A DNA stretch of 64,000 nt, from contig MU004235.1 in the NCBI GenBank assembly GCA_010405405.1, forward strand, positions 14,538 to 78,537. The letters run 5' to 3'. The notes beneath the pieces are model-generated. The model saw only the letters and a list, made by a program, of their open reading frames with translations. It did not search any database and was not told the origin of the DNA. This document shows positions 41,938 through 54,053 of this stretch, in pieces. The position numbers and the translations under genes were made by a program. Numbering within the stretch: the first letter of the stretch is position 1; each line of letters begins with the position of its first letter. The DNA is from Microthyrium microscopicum (Eukaryota).

Positions 41938-43253
41938 ATGTCAAACGACAACCCAGACTCTCCTCCACTTTCACGACATGGCCAAATACTCGACTCCCAG
42001 ATATCTCCCCCTCTTCCATCATCACCAATATCTCCTCAATCTCGCCCACGTCGTTCTAGCTGGCGGCCTTTTCAAATCAACTCGCCCTTTACTCCCGCTG
42101 CCATAGGCCGTCCAGTAACCCCTAGACGGCCCCCTGCTGCGCGTCTTTGGAATCCCCAGAACTTTTCTCCACGCAGCCCTGCGGTTCCCAACGTGCCTGT
42201 CACCCCGCTACCTGTCGACGCACATCGAAATCCTCGCGACGAACATCCCCTGTTGACTCTGCCCGAGCAGCGTCGTAGTCGCCAGAGCTTTCAAAGTCTA
42301 CGCCTATCGCCGAGCACCTCGCTCGTCGTTGAGCACGAATCCTCCAACGACCGCAGCGGTAGCGACACTGTTCCCGTCCCATCTACAGTTCACAAAGGGA
42401 AAGAACCCGCTGCAGGCCAGGGGTCGCCTAATACAGGAATCGGTGCCCAGCAAGTCGCAAATATGCCACCTAATGAATCAAAACCAGACATGCCATACCC
42501 AATTGGGCTTTCGGATGTAGAGGCTGTCCCAGATCAACGATTACGACATACACCTTCCAAGGTTTCACTACCGATGCTACAAGCAGACACAGGCGCACAA
42601 CAGCAAGACGGCGACAGACAGTCGAATGATGGCGAATCTGCAATCGAGTGGGGTCCAGCTCATCCCTGCTATCCACACATGAACCCCCATGTACCTACAA
42701 CATCACCGCTATACTCGTCTACTCGCATAATAAGGATACCTCGCGATTGGATGATGGTGGGCGACCTGGCTCCTACGTTTGCCAACGTATACCCTGAAGT
42801 CTTGGATAATCTCTTTTCGGAAGAGGAATTTCGCAAGGTTTTACGGCATGTAAATGAAGTGCTCATGTCTGCTTTCAATCCGTTTGGCGCGCGAGCATGG
42901 CTGGATACAATTTTGGGTGTGGCTACTTTTTGGCTCTGGGATGATCTGGGCATGACAGGAGTCAAGAGCCAGTTAAAGAAGTTGGAGCAATGGATTGAAT
43001 CATGGAATCGTGATATCGGGGCCAAGGATGGAGTACAAATAATACCATTGCGGAGGACTGGATATATGTCGGTATGTTTCTGTTTAATAAGAACAAAGGC
43101 CTTGACTAACCAGACTAGATGGACATTCAAATACCCGATCCTCAAATATCTCAAGATCCAGTCTCACGGCCTGCCACAGCACTTACAGATTTCAACCCAC
43201 CTTCACCCTATGGACTCGAGAATATTCCACCCCGAGTCGCAGCCGCCGCATAA
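41938..43253 (+). CDS. Golgin A7/Erf4-domain protein (palmitoyltransferase accessory subunit-like), 1 intron (~43072-43118)
   Basis: WGPAHPCYPHMNPHVP..SPLYSSTRIIRIPRDW...DLAPTFANVYPEVL, AFNPFGARAWLD..LGVAT.WLWDD, IIPLRRTGYMS|.DIQIPDP. Confidence 0.85.
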
Positions 43254-44094
43254 TGATCAGCTAATACACCTTCATCGGTCTCTAATATAGCCCGGGACAC
43301 ATTCTGGGACATCGTGTATCCAATTTGGCGTTTTGATATTTGAGCGAGCGTATTGAATGTTTGGCGTTCGGACCAGCTTCAATCATCATGGCAGACATGG
43401 CATGCACCAAAAGTCAGCTTTATATAATTGCCGTAACCGAATCGAGACGGCGCTGTCAATTTTACTTCAGCGAGACAGTTCATTGTGTTATTTTGTGTAT
43501 CCACGAGTTTTGTTTGACCTTTTGTACCTTTGGATCTTGCATGGCATGGGCACATTTCGGATACCCCCGGTTAGACAGATGGAAGAGGCTGCAGATGCTT
43601 AGAATCGCGACCATAGTGGAGGGCAAGATGTACTGCGATAGTACGAAGATTACTAGTAATGAATTTTGAAAGACATGTATGCTCAATGGCGTTGTTTCAT
43701 CAAAGGGTTTGCGGGTGAAGACTGCCGATATCAAAATCAATTGAGTAATGTCTGCCACTTTGCGTTGGATGATGGCCTGACTTTTATAGATTAGCACAGC
43801 GTTATGCTCAAAGGTCTAAAACAATCAATTAAAGAGTGGGTATCAGGCTACATATGTAAAGTCAGCTTGTCAGCTCACTACCTGTAGAAGCTCCACGGAA
43901 GACATTGTGGTGCAGAATTAACTTGAAGAGGAAAATAGACCTCGGCGGCGAATTGGGCCAGAATCGCTCCTCGGCAACTCCAGCCCCGCAAACTCTACTC
44001 CAATCCATGCACCTTGAAACAGCTTCCTCTTGTCTTTTTCTTTGCTCATTGAAGAGTATCTCTTCGGTCAATTCATTCATATTCCTCATACAAC

Positions 44095-45601
44095 ATGTCT
44101 AAGAACAGAAATCTCAGTGCTTCCCAGCGGATTCCCCCGCTCGTTGCCCATCTCGTGAGCGACCGCGCGAAGAAGGCTCTCGATGTCGTATGTTTACTGA
44201 TCTCTACAACTTCCTATAGCCTCTACATATCTAACATTGAATACAGGTCGAGAAGTTTGTCGAGGAAGACTGTATCCCGACCGAGGGAGTATGGCAAACC
44301 CAGCTCGGAACCACCACTGAGCAACGCTTCAACACTCATCCTCATGTCATGGAAGAGCTAAAGGACAAGGCAAAGAAGCTTGGTCTCTGGAACATGTTCT
44401 TGCCCAAGAACCACTTCAAGGAGGGCGCCGGTTTCAGCAACATCGAGTATGGTCTTATGGCTGAAGTCCTTGCACGAAGTGGTCTTGCTTCAGAGGCTAC
44501 CAACTGCGCTGCCCCAGATACTGGCAACATGGAAGTCCTCGCCAAGTACGGAACGGACGCGCAAAAGAAGCAGTGGCTCGCACCACTCCTCAATGGCGAG
44601 ATCCGCTCTGCCTTCTTGATGACTGAGCCAGATATTGCGTCTTCAGATGCCACCAACATCAACCTCCGAATCGTCAAGGAAGGCAACTCCTGGGTTCTCA
44701 ATGGCTCGGTATAAACATTCCTCTTCCCCAATGCCACCAGTGTAACTAACAATCGCCCTAGAAATGGTGGTCATCCGGCGCCGGCGACCCACGCTGCAAA
44801 GTCTACATCGTAATGGGCAAAAACGACCCCGACAACAAAAATCCCTACCTCCAACAATCCGTCATCCTTGTCCCCGCCTCCACCCCCGGCATCACCATCC
44901 ACCGCATGCTTTCTGTCTTCGGCTACGACGACGCACCCCACGGCCACGGACACATCACTTTCGAAAACGTCCGCGTGCCCCTCGACCACATCGTCCTAGG
45001 CCCCGGCAAAGGTTTCGAGATCATCCAAGGCCGTCTCGGACCTGGTCGTATTCACCACGCCATGCGCTCCATCGGTGCCGCAGAGAAGGCACTAGACTAC
45101 TTCATCGCCCGCATCAACGACCCAAAGAAAACCACATTCGGCAAGCCCCTCCACGAGCACGAAATCATGGTCGAGCGTCTCGCAAAGTCACGTATCGAAA
45201 TTGATGCTGCAAGACTCATTGTGCTAAACGCAGCCCTCGCCATTGACAACGGCAACGCTGCCACAGCCAAGAAGGAGATCGCACAAGCCAAAGTTCTCGT
45301 CCCTGAAGCACTCGCCAACACACTCGACCGCGCGATCCAAGCCTGGGGCGCAGCTGGTGTATGCCAAGACACACCGTTGGCAAACATGTGGGCGCATGCC
45401 CGCACAATGCGTATTGTAGATGGACCGGATGAGGTGCATCTTCTTCAACTCGGAAAGAACGAGAACAAGCGTGCTCAAGTAGTGATTGAGAAGCTGGAGA
45501 AGCAGAGCAAGGCGAAAGCGGCAGCACTTAGTGCGAAGGGTTTAGAGAAGAAGGATATCTTGTACATTGGAAAGTCGACGGGACCCGGATCTAAGTTGTA
45601 A
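44095..45601 (+). CDS. Peroxisomal acyl-CoA dehydrogenase (ACAD10/11-like), 2 introns
   Basis: LGLWNMFLP, NCAAPDTGNMEVL, SAFLMTEPDIASSDATNI, KWWSSGAGDP, QGRLGPGRIHHAMR, RIVDGPDEVH; C-terminal PTS1 SKL. Confidence 0.95.
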
Positions 45602-45856
45602 ATACTGTACCTGGGTTTACTAAAAAGATCTTGGATATGTAAATTTGGGCAATGTCAAGATTGGATTTTGGTCATGATATTGAACTTTATCTATGATGAT
45701 CCAAACGAGCGTTATCTGGCTCCATCCTTGATACTCTGGGAAGTATATATTCCTATCCAATACCTCTCCAGTTGTCCAGGAGCCACCAAGACCAATAACT
45801 ATTAACGATTGTTGCAGGCTTATATGCCTCTATGTTTCCCTCCCCAGTTTGCCCCT

Positions 45857-46528
45857 TCACTTTTTGCTAGTTGAAAAGTTCAATCCCGGAATAGGATTCC
45901 ACGTCTTTCCCTGCCCTTCTTCAGTGACTACATTACTATCATGGCGCTCCTCGCCCTCGTGCTGTTCGTGGTGCTCGCCATTCTGCTGTTCATGCATTTC
46001 CTGGCTGTCGTAGTCTTCTGGAACTTCTTTCGAGCGATTCTTGCGCTTACGCATTACCCTATAGGAGCGTCAGCGACCGGAATCGACGTATGGAAAAGAG
46101 ATACGAGGTATATTGCAAGGGGACACTTTTGGGAATGGGGATGTGGTGAAGACTTACACACAAACAACAATACATAATATCACCAATACTAGAACGACGA
46201 GAAAGGCAATGAGGATGAATTTGCCGACGCGGGCGAAGAAGGATTTGTGGGGGGCTTTTGAGGCTAGGTTTGTGGCTGCGGCGGCGGCGTTGCCTGCTTT
46301 TGTTGCGGCGGTTGCTAGACCTTTTGATGCGGTTGTTGCTAGTGTGCTTGCTGGACTGGAGGGAGGTTAGTATGGATGGACTTGATATGGAGGTGGAGGT
46401 AAGGTCTATTGGCAACTTGGTGAAGGGAGGGTGTGGACTGACTGGCTGGTTCCTGTTGCGGCGTGGGTCGCTTGTGAGGAGGCTGTTGAGGCGGTGGTTG
46501 CTCGCGGGAAGAGTAGTTGTGTTGACAT
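45857..46528 (-). CDS. Small single-pass membrane protein, 3 exons, unknown family
   Basis: Spliced model with consistent intron phases: Ala/Thr-rich N-terminus, TM FILIAFLVVLVLVILCIVVCVV, basic MRKRKNRSK, and an acidic/His-rich tail. Confidence 0.65.
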
Positions 46529-47708
46529 TCTGTTGGATGTGAAGTTGTTGTGATAGAAGGTGGTATGATAGAGATATGGTGGTGGTGAATACGGTCTTTG
46601 CTGTCTGGTGTTTTCTAGATTGCTTCTTGGAGAATGTTTTGGCACTCAGGGGTACGTTTATACTACTGTTGAGGAATTGAGATTGAAATGAAAAGGTACC
46701 TACTTTACAGTCGGCTCAGGAGGATATTAAATATGAAAAGCCTATACGATCCCAATCATGCCATCAACACTCTCCACCATCCAGCCATCCTCTCAGCCCA
46801 CTTGGGACGACTAGCTAGACCAACAACTGCAACCAGACGAGAGAAAACTCAGCATTCTTGCATGGGCAAGGGGTGAAGATATAGTGCTCCTAGATCCTTT
46901 GAATCCCACGATGGCTAACGATTGGTGTGCTTGGCGGAGGGGGGAGCACCATGGAAGGACTACTATATATCGTGGGATCTATAATAGAGTTGTGATATTG
47001 CCGGAAGGTGGCTAAGGTGGCTCATGCTGTGTTTGTTTATCCGTGGTTCCAAACTCTGGGTAGATCATGGGAAGTGATTCCTCCTACTGTACTATCTGAC
47101 TGCCTAAGACTCGGGGCAAGGATCTTGAATCATTGTAACTTCTGCGATTACAATTCTCCCAGAGATTTCTGTTCGTTGAGAGCTGAAAAGAGGCCAGTTG
47201 AGGGATCATTATCATCTACGGAGTAGAGCCCTATTGGTGCTTGAGATCGATCCTCAATCCAAGGTTTCTTTTTGGCAGTTCCATATGTTTCACTTGCGCA
47301 CTTTTCAAGTATTTGATACTACTCATTCTAAAGGGTCGTGGATATTGAGAATTCTTAGGTACACGACTATGCTTGATAGTACATGTTAGCTCTGGAATTC
47401 GCAGCTCCAGGGCGATATTGCAGCTCATCCATATCAACACTGTACGTTTGCTTAAGGCACGCAATGAAATTGACATTGATCGTTTGCTCAATTTTATATG
47501 ATTTGCTGCGGAATACCGGTTCATCAAGTGCTTTTTAGTTTTCTCATACTTCGGATTCTGATTGTTGAAGTCTACGTCCCTTCGAAGTCTTCCTCGCTAG
47601 ATAGGAACGTTTGGTACTAATTTTTAGCAAACTTAAGAGCCAAGGAATCTTGATGATGGGATCGATGTTAAAAAGACAGTATCGCAAATCATACTTTCGC
47701 CCAAATCA

Positions 47709-47715
47709 TGACTCA
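47709..47715 (+). promoter_or_regulatory. Candidate Gcn4/CpcA (cross-pathway control) site TGACTCA
   Basis: Exact consensus ~440 bp upstream of the thr1-purM ATG. A 7-mer can occur by chance. Confidence 0.3.
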
Positions 47716-48149
47716 CTTCATGTCTTATTTGTGCTTCGGCAGATGTCGTTCTTCCGATAACGAGCACTCTGGCAGGATCGTAGTGGCGATAGATAGGGAA
47801 CTTCGCATATGAATTATAAATCGAAGCAAATCCTGGATTTCCATTTGTTATAAGATGATGTTTCAAAATCCTTTGAATACTAGTAGTGAAAAGAGCTCAA
47901 GTAACGAGGCACTACACACCCAAGGGTAAAAATATTGACCATCCAATTTCGGTCCCCGCAATCGGAACTGTGGAACCAACTCAAATTTCCATTCATGGAC
48001 CTTCCTGAAAAAAAATATCAAACTTGCTGGAGCCGCATGTGATAGTTCGAGCTACAATACTTCTAGGAATCTAAAACCACAAATTCCATCTGGGCATCAC
48101 ACCATACTTATTGCCCTTTTAAGCGCAGCTGCGCAAGTTGTCTGCAGAA

Positions 48150-50565
48150 ATGGCTACAATATCGATAAAAGTGCCTTGCAGCTCCGCCAACATAGGCCCA
48201 GGCTTCGATGTCGTAAGTTTGTCTTCAAGTATTGTCTAAGGCTTCTAGTTGCTCTCTGTCATCGAAAATTTTCCTTTCCATCATGCGTGATGAGAAATGA
48301 AATCGTGATAGATAGCCAACGTCGTTATTGCAACAAGTTTGCCATTTCACTTCTAGCTACCGACTCTAACGAATTTCCATAGATTGGCCTGGCGTTATCG
48401 ATGTACTTGGAGCTGCGCATAACCACCGACCCTTCAAACACAGGCTATGCGCAAAACTGCAAACTCACATATGAAGGCGATCGGGCGGACGAAGTCAGTC
48501 TGGATGCAGACAGTAATTTGATATCGCGCACAACCTTATATGTGCTGAGATGTCATGGTCAACGGTCCTTTCCAGAAGGCACGCATGTGCATATCATCAA
48601 TCCAATCCCTCTAGGGCGAGGATTGGGCTCATCTGGAGCGGCAGTTGTAGGTGGTGTAGCGCTGGCGAATGTGGTTGGAAACCTGGATCTGCCCAAGTCA
48701 AGGATGCTAGATTATTGTCTTATGATTGAACGACATCCGGACAAGTAAGTTTCATTCAAGATGCGCATGTAATGGGAACTGACCAATTGATCAGTGTGGC
48801 TGCTGCGCTGTATGGTGGTTTCGTGGGTACATATCTCAACGACCTCAATGAGGAAGATCTGAGACGGAAAGAGATCCCACTCAGCGAGGTATTGCCAGAG
48901 CCCGCTGGTGGAGTTGATACTGGATTGAAACCTCCTGAGCCACCTATGAATATCGGTCACTATAAAAAGTTCAGATGGGCCAAGGATATCAAGTGCATAG
49001 TCATCATTCCGGATTTCGAAGTCTCTACAGCATCGGCCAGAGAAGTACTACCAACAACATATTCGAGAGCCGATTTAGTGTTCAATATGCAGAGAGTGGC
49101 TCTGCTGGCTACTGCTCTTGGCGATTCACCACCTGATCCGGATATGATATACGAAGCGATGCAAGATAAAGTTCATCAACCATATCGGAAAACACTAATA
49201 CCCGCCTTGCCACAAATCCTCAAATCTATGACACCAAAATCTACTCCAGGTCTCCTAGGCATATGTTTATCAGGAGCTGGCCCAACAAGTAAGTCAACCT
49301 GCCAACCGATCATCCGTCATCAATCTCTAGACTCTTCTTCTAACGCCAGTATAGTTCTCGCCCTCGCCACCCACAACTTTGAAACCATCGCCGAGACAAT
49401 CCTCTCTCACTTCTCCCAAGAAAACATCAAATGCGAATGGAAACTCCTACAACCCGCCGAAGACGGCATGACTGTCACCCGTCCTTCCACCACCACCGCA
49501 CCTGACGCCGCCATGACATATGCATCCGCAGGCGTCTCCATTGACGCTGGCAACCAACTCGTCCAGCGCATCAAAGCTGCTGTCGCCACGACGAAACGAC
49601 CCGGCGCAGATGCTGAGATTGGCGGCTTCGGCGGGGCGCTGGATCTCAAAGCAGCCGGCTACGACGAAGCACCTATATTAGTCCAAGCCATCGATGGCGT
49701 TGGCACGAAACTGAAAATTGCATTCGCCATGAATAAGCATGATACCGTCGGCATAGATCTCGTCGCCATGAACGTCAATGATCTAGTTGTACAAGGTGCT
49801 GAGCCTTTAAGCTTCCTCGACTACTACGCCTGCGGTGCGCTCGACGTCGACACAGCAGCTTCCTTTGTGGAGGGCGTGGCGGAGGGCTGTAGACAAAGCG
49901 GATGTGCACTGGTTGGTGGCGAGACGGCAGAGATGCCGGGCATGTATAGCGAGGGCGAATATGATGCGGGCGGACAAGCGACGGGTGCATTGAGACAGGG
50001 GCAGAAATTGTTGCCTGACAAGGAGAGTATGATGGAAGGCGATATCCTGCTGGGTTTGGCGTCGAACGGGCTGCATTCCAACGGCTTTTCGCTGGTGCGT
50101 AAGATATTGGAGAAAGCCTCCCTAGGCTATCAAGATGCGGCGCCCTGGGACCAGAGTACGTTGGTGGGCACGAGTTTGTTGACGCCGACGCGGATATATG
50201 TCAAGAGCTGTCTGGAAGTTTCGAACAAGGGGTTGGTCAAGGGAATGGCGCATATCACTGGCGGAGGACTATTGGAGAACATCCCGAGAATGTTGCCAAA
50301 GACTTTGGTGGCGGAAGTGGATGTTAGTACGTGGGAAGTACCGCCGGCGATGGAGTGGTTGAGGAAGGCGGGCAATATCTCCGGAACAGAGTTTGCGAGA
50401 GTGTGGAATACGGGTATTGGCATGGTTCTCGTAGTGTCGACAGATAAAGTCGAGGAGACTGTTTCGGTGCTGAGGGCAGCTGGCGAGACGGTCGCGACGA
50501 TGGGTCGATTGACGAAGAAGTCTGGGGAGGACTGCGTATTGACAAAGCTCGAAGTATGGTCGTAG
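48150..50565 (+). CDS. thr1-purM: Fused homoserine kinase (Thr1, GHMP kinase) - phosphoribosylformylglycinamidine cyclo-ligase (AIR synthetase, PurM); introns ~48213-48381, ~48745-48794 and 49289-49354
   Basis: Kinase part: KVPCSSANIGPGFDV, NPIPLGRGLGSSGAA, IERHPDN, MQDKVHQPYR, ICLSGAGPT. It continues without a stop into TYASAGVSIDAGN, IGGFGG, DGVGTKL, DLVAMNVNDL, LVGGETAEMPG, GLHSNGFSLVRK, AHITGGGLLENIPR. Confidence 0.92.
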
Positions 50566-50629
50566 ATGTCTTAGAGGCGTTAGAGGCGGCAGGTCCCACT
50601 GGCTACTTCACCGAATACATTTGTTATCA

Positions 50630-51741
50630 TCATAGTTTAGCCAGCTTCTTCTTCGCCTCCCTCTGTCTCTGCGCGCTCTTCAGCAACGCGTATAGACTTT
50701 GCAATCGTGGCATCTCAACAGCATGCCTCTTCGCAATCCTTACTGGATTTCCCAGTATAACCTCCAACTCCATCGGCCTCCCACTCTCCCAATCAACCAA
50801 CATACTCGGCCTCCCACCCGTATTGCGCTCCGTACTCTTGAGGATAAGCTCCGGCTTCGCCAACTTCTCCGGAAACGGCTTGCCTAGTATCTTCGGCGCC
50901 GCATCAAACACCTCTTCCATACACGCCTTTAGATGCTCCCGCAGATCCGGATCCAACGACATCTCCGAATTGCCTATACCACCCGCTAGGACGGCAGACG
51001 GATTCATCGAAGCATTAATACAGATCTTATGCCACCTTACAATTTGTAAGTCGACTTCAGAATATGCTTCCGCATCTTTGATATCGCCTACGGTCTTCCA
51101 TAAATTTACGAGCGCGTTGACTGCCTCATCGCCTCGTTTGCATAGGGCCAAAGCGGCAGACGTCTTCCCACCAAGCCCATCCGAATACGCACCACAGCTA
51201 ATCCTCGTCCACCGATTCTGCCTCACAGTGCCCTGCGAAATCTGCTCCGCACTGATAATCGTCACTGCGCTCACAATCGGGTTCTTCGGAAACCGTTTTC
51301 TATGCGGTTCTTCCACACCGACGCCGTTCTGTATCAAAACAATCGCACTCTTGCCATCCCCACCTGCTTCTACGAGGGGCGCAATGTCCTCTGAATCATC
51401 AGTCACGTCCGGTAGCGCTTTGGTAGTCACGACTATGTAGTCCCAGCCGCCTTCTGGTGCTTTGGATGCGGCGTCGGCGATGCTGGAGTAGACGGCGGAA
51501 GGAGTGAATGTGTAGTTGCCGAAGGAGTGGGTTTGGAGATGCACGCCAGATGAGGCTATGGCGGTGTAGTTGGAGCGGCAGACGAGGGAAACGTGAATGT
51601 TTTGGGCGGGGGAGTGCAGGCGGGAGGCGTAGAAGCAGCCTACTGCGCCGGCGCCTACGAAGAGGATCTGAATTGGTCTGGTGGATGTCAGTCGTGGTTT
51701 GGAAGATGATAGGGAAGAACTTACTTGGTGGGCGCTGCCAT
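50630..51741 (-). CDS. Ketopantoate reductase (PanE/ApbA)-family oxidoreductase, 1 intron near the 5' end
   Basis: MAAPTK|ILFVGAGAVGCFYASRL, DYIVVTTKALP, VLIQNGVGVE, RWHKICINASMNP, PSMLVDWESGRPMELEVILGNPVRIA. Confidence 0.9.
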
Positions 51742-51905
51742 TGTTGGAAGAAGTAGTGTGGTTGTTGAGAGTAAGGGACGTTCAATTGATCATGACTGAA
51801 GGAGAAAGTGTTTATTATGGAGGGTACTAGTATATACAAATGTAAAAACACGAAGTTGAAGATGATAACCGAAGTTGTCCAGCTTCAATGTCGATAGTCG
51901 GAGTA

Positions 51906-53737
51906 ACGTGCCCCACCCCCTTCTGCGCCAACCCACTTCTGCGCCAGACCCATCAAATAATTTAGATCAATTTTAAACCACCATAACTCTCTCAATTTTA
52001 ATTCTTTTAAAATGCGCTTTTAATAGCGAACTCCTAGGATCTAGATAATATAGTAAATATATTTTTAAACTAGGAATACTCATCGTTACGAAATTATGCT
52101 AAGGCATTTAGAATCTCTCGCGATACTCTAAGCCATAGATTAAAAGGAATTAAATTATACTCTATAGCCTATTCTAGTGCCTAAAAATTATCTAAGGTAG
52201 AAGAGGATTAAGTAGTTAAATAGATCCTTTATAAAGAGATTACTAGTAACTCTCCTAGCTATAGTAGAATAAGAGAATTTGCTAAAGGAATTTTATGCCT
52301 TAAGAACCCTAAAATAGATCCTCTACTATTCCTAAGCGTAAACTAGATCTATAGATTTAAACGTTAAAATCCTAACGTTATTTCAATAGAGCGTAAAAAG
52401 ATAGAAAGCTCTTAATTTAACGATTTTAATAAACTAGCTATTAAGGAGTTTTATAATTATTTAAATCGTACAATTATAACTTATTCTATTAAGCTATTAA
52501 ATATCTACAATATAGACAAAACTAGTATATGCCTATTATTAAATAGCAAAGAGATCATTATAGTTAGTAGGCAAACTATTAAATATAAAAAGAACAAGTT
52601 TCTAAATACAAATAATAATTAAGAAAATACTTTAATTCTTAAGATAGTTTCTACGATAGGAACCTATATACCTTTTTTTGCAATCTATAAAGGACTAGCC
52701 GTTCTTAACTACTAGTTTCCTATAAATTGTAAGGAAGAATTAGAATCTACTAGCTATTAATTTGTAGCTATAGTTAACGGCTAGACGTTAAATAAGCTTA
52801 GCGAAGAATAGCTTTAAAAGATCTTTATTCCTTTTACTAAAATACTACTTAATCTACTTATAAATAAGTTAGAATAGTAAATTTTGGTTTATAATAACTA
52901 TAGTAGTTATTATATGCCTAAATTTCGCTATATTTATATTATTAATAATATATAATTAATATATTTACCGCCTTATTTATCTTACAAAACTTAACCTTTG
53001 GACGTTAGTTACTTCTCTCCTTTAAAGCGTAAATTTACTACTATTTTATGCCGTTCTAGACTTAATTTAATATCTACTCCTATTTAGAAGAGAATCTTTA
53101 TTTAGATCTATCTTTAGGCTTACAAATAAGCTTTTACTAAGTTAAATATCTAAAATTCCTTCGCTATAACTAGCATTTATCTATTTAAACTATATTATTT
53201 ATTATCTTACTTTTTAATAACCAAAAATGCTTTAGAGGAAATTCCTATATAAATTACTAAAGCTATTACTTCTTCTACTTTAGTAGAAATTTCGAAATTA
53301 ATTAATGTTTTATTATTAACTCCTTATTTAAAGAGGGTAGTTAAACGAGTAATTCTAAGATAGGCTTCAGAAGCCTTAGTATAATATTTAATTTAATAAT
53401 AAACAATTATTACGCTTTAAGAATAGGTTAAAATATTGTCTATAGTTCTAGAATTACGTAAAAGAAAGAAGAGAGATTATAATACTAAAATAGACGATAA
53501 AGAGAAGATATTTAGAGATTTTATAACGAATAGTTTAGCTTTAGCTTAAAATATACTTAAGCGACTTAAGAAAAAGTAGAGAGAAGGAATTAGTAGCTTA
53601 AAGATTAAGCTTAATTTTGTACTTTAAATGAATTAAAAATATTGTGTTTTGATTGAATTATCTTGCAGTGTTTAATTGCTATTTATCTTGATCTAATGGC
53701 GCAGAAGTGGGTTGGCGCAGAAGTGGGTAGGGCACGT
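51906..53737 (+). mobile_element. Full-length RIP-inactivated Tc1/mariner-superfamily (Fot1/pogo) DNA transposon
   Basis: TA target duplication on both sides. ~40-bp TIRs acgtgccc...ttctgcgcca with an internal direct repeat. Transposase relics: HTH region, NIYNMDETG-like (~52500), DGHGSH-like (~52890), QPLDV..FSPLK (~52990-53025). AT-rich interior with stops. Confidence 0.92.
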
Positions 53738-53946
53738 TAAGCCGGAGGAAACTTTTTGGTGGTTGATCCAAAGATGGTTCCGGTGTACCAAAACTCCAAC
53801 CTCCACAAACTTACAGTCACTTATCCCTAACTTCCCCTCATCATCAATGCCATGTCCATCGATGCAAGAAACAACAATCCGGGATATAATAGAATAGTCA
53901 TCATTTGGAGCTCTGCCACAGCTGGTGTTGGAAGGCTTCACGTGAC

Positions 53947-53992
53947 TGCGCGTTAGCCACATCTCGCGTCCCCGCTCAACCACGTCGCGTCC
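53947..53992. promoter_or_regulatory. Cluster of three MCB-like (ACGCG) boxes upstream of smc5
   Basis: CGCGT at 53949, 53965 and 53986, 60-105 bp before the ATG. Such boxes are typical of MBF-regulated replication and repair genes. Confidence 0.5.
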
Positions 53993-54053
53993 TTGAATTC
54001 TAGAATTTTGATCCTCATCTTTGTTCTATCACTCTTCATCATCAATTTCAACC

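Noticed and set aside
50556..51440. 294-aa + strand ORF
   Set aside because: Antisense shadow of the PanE-like gene, with no motifs of its own.
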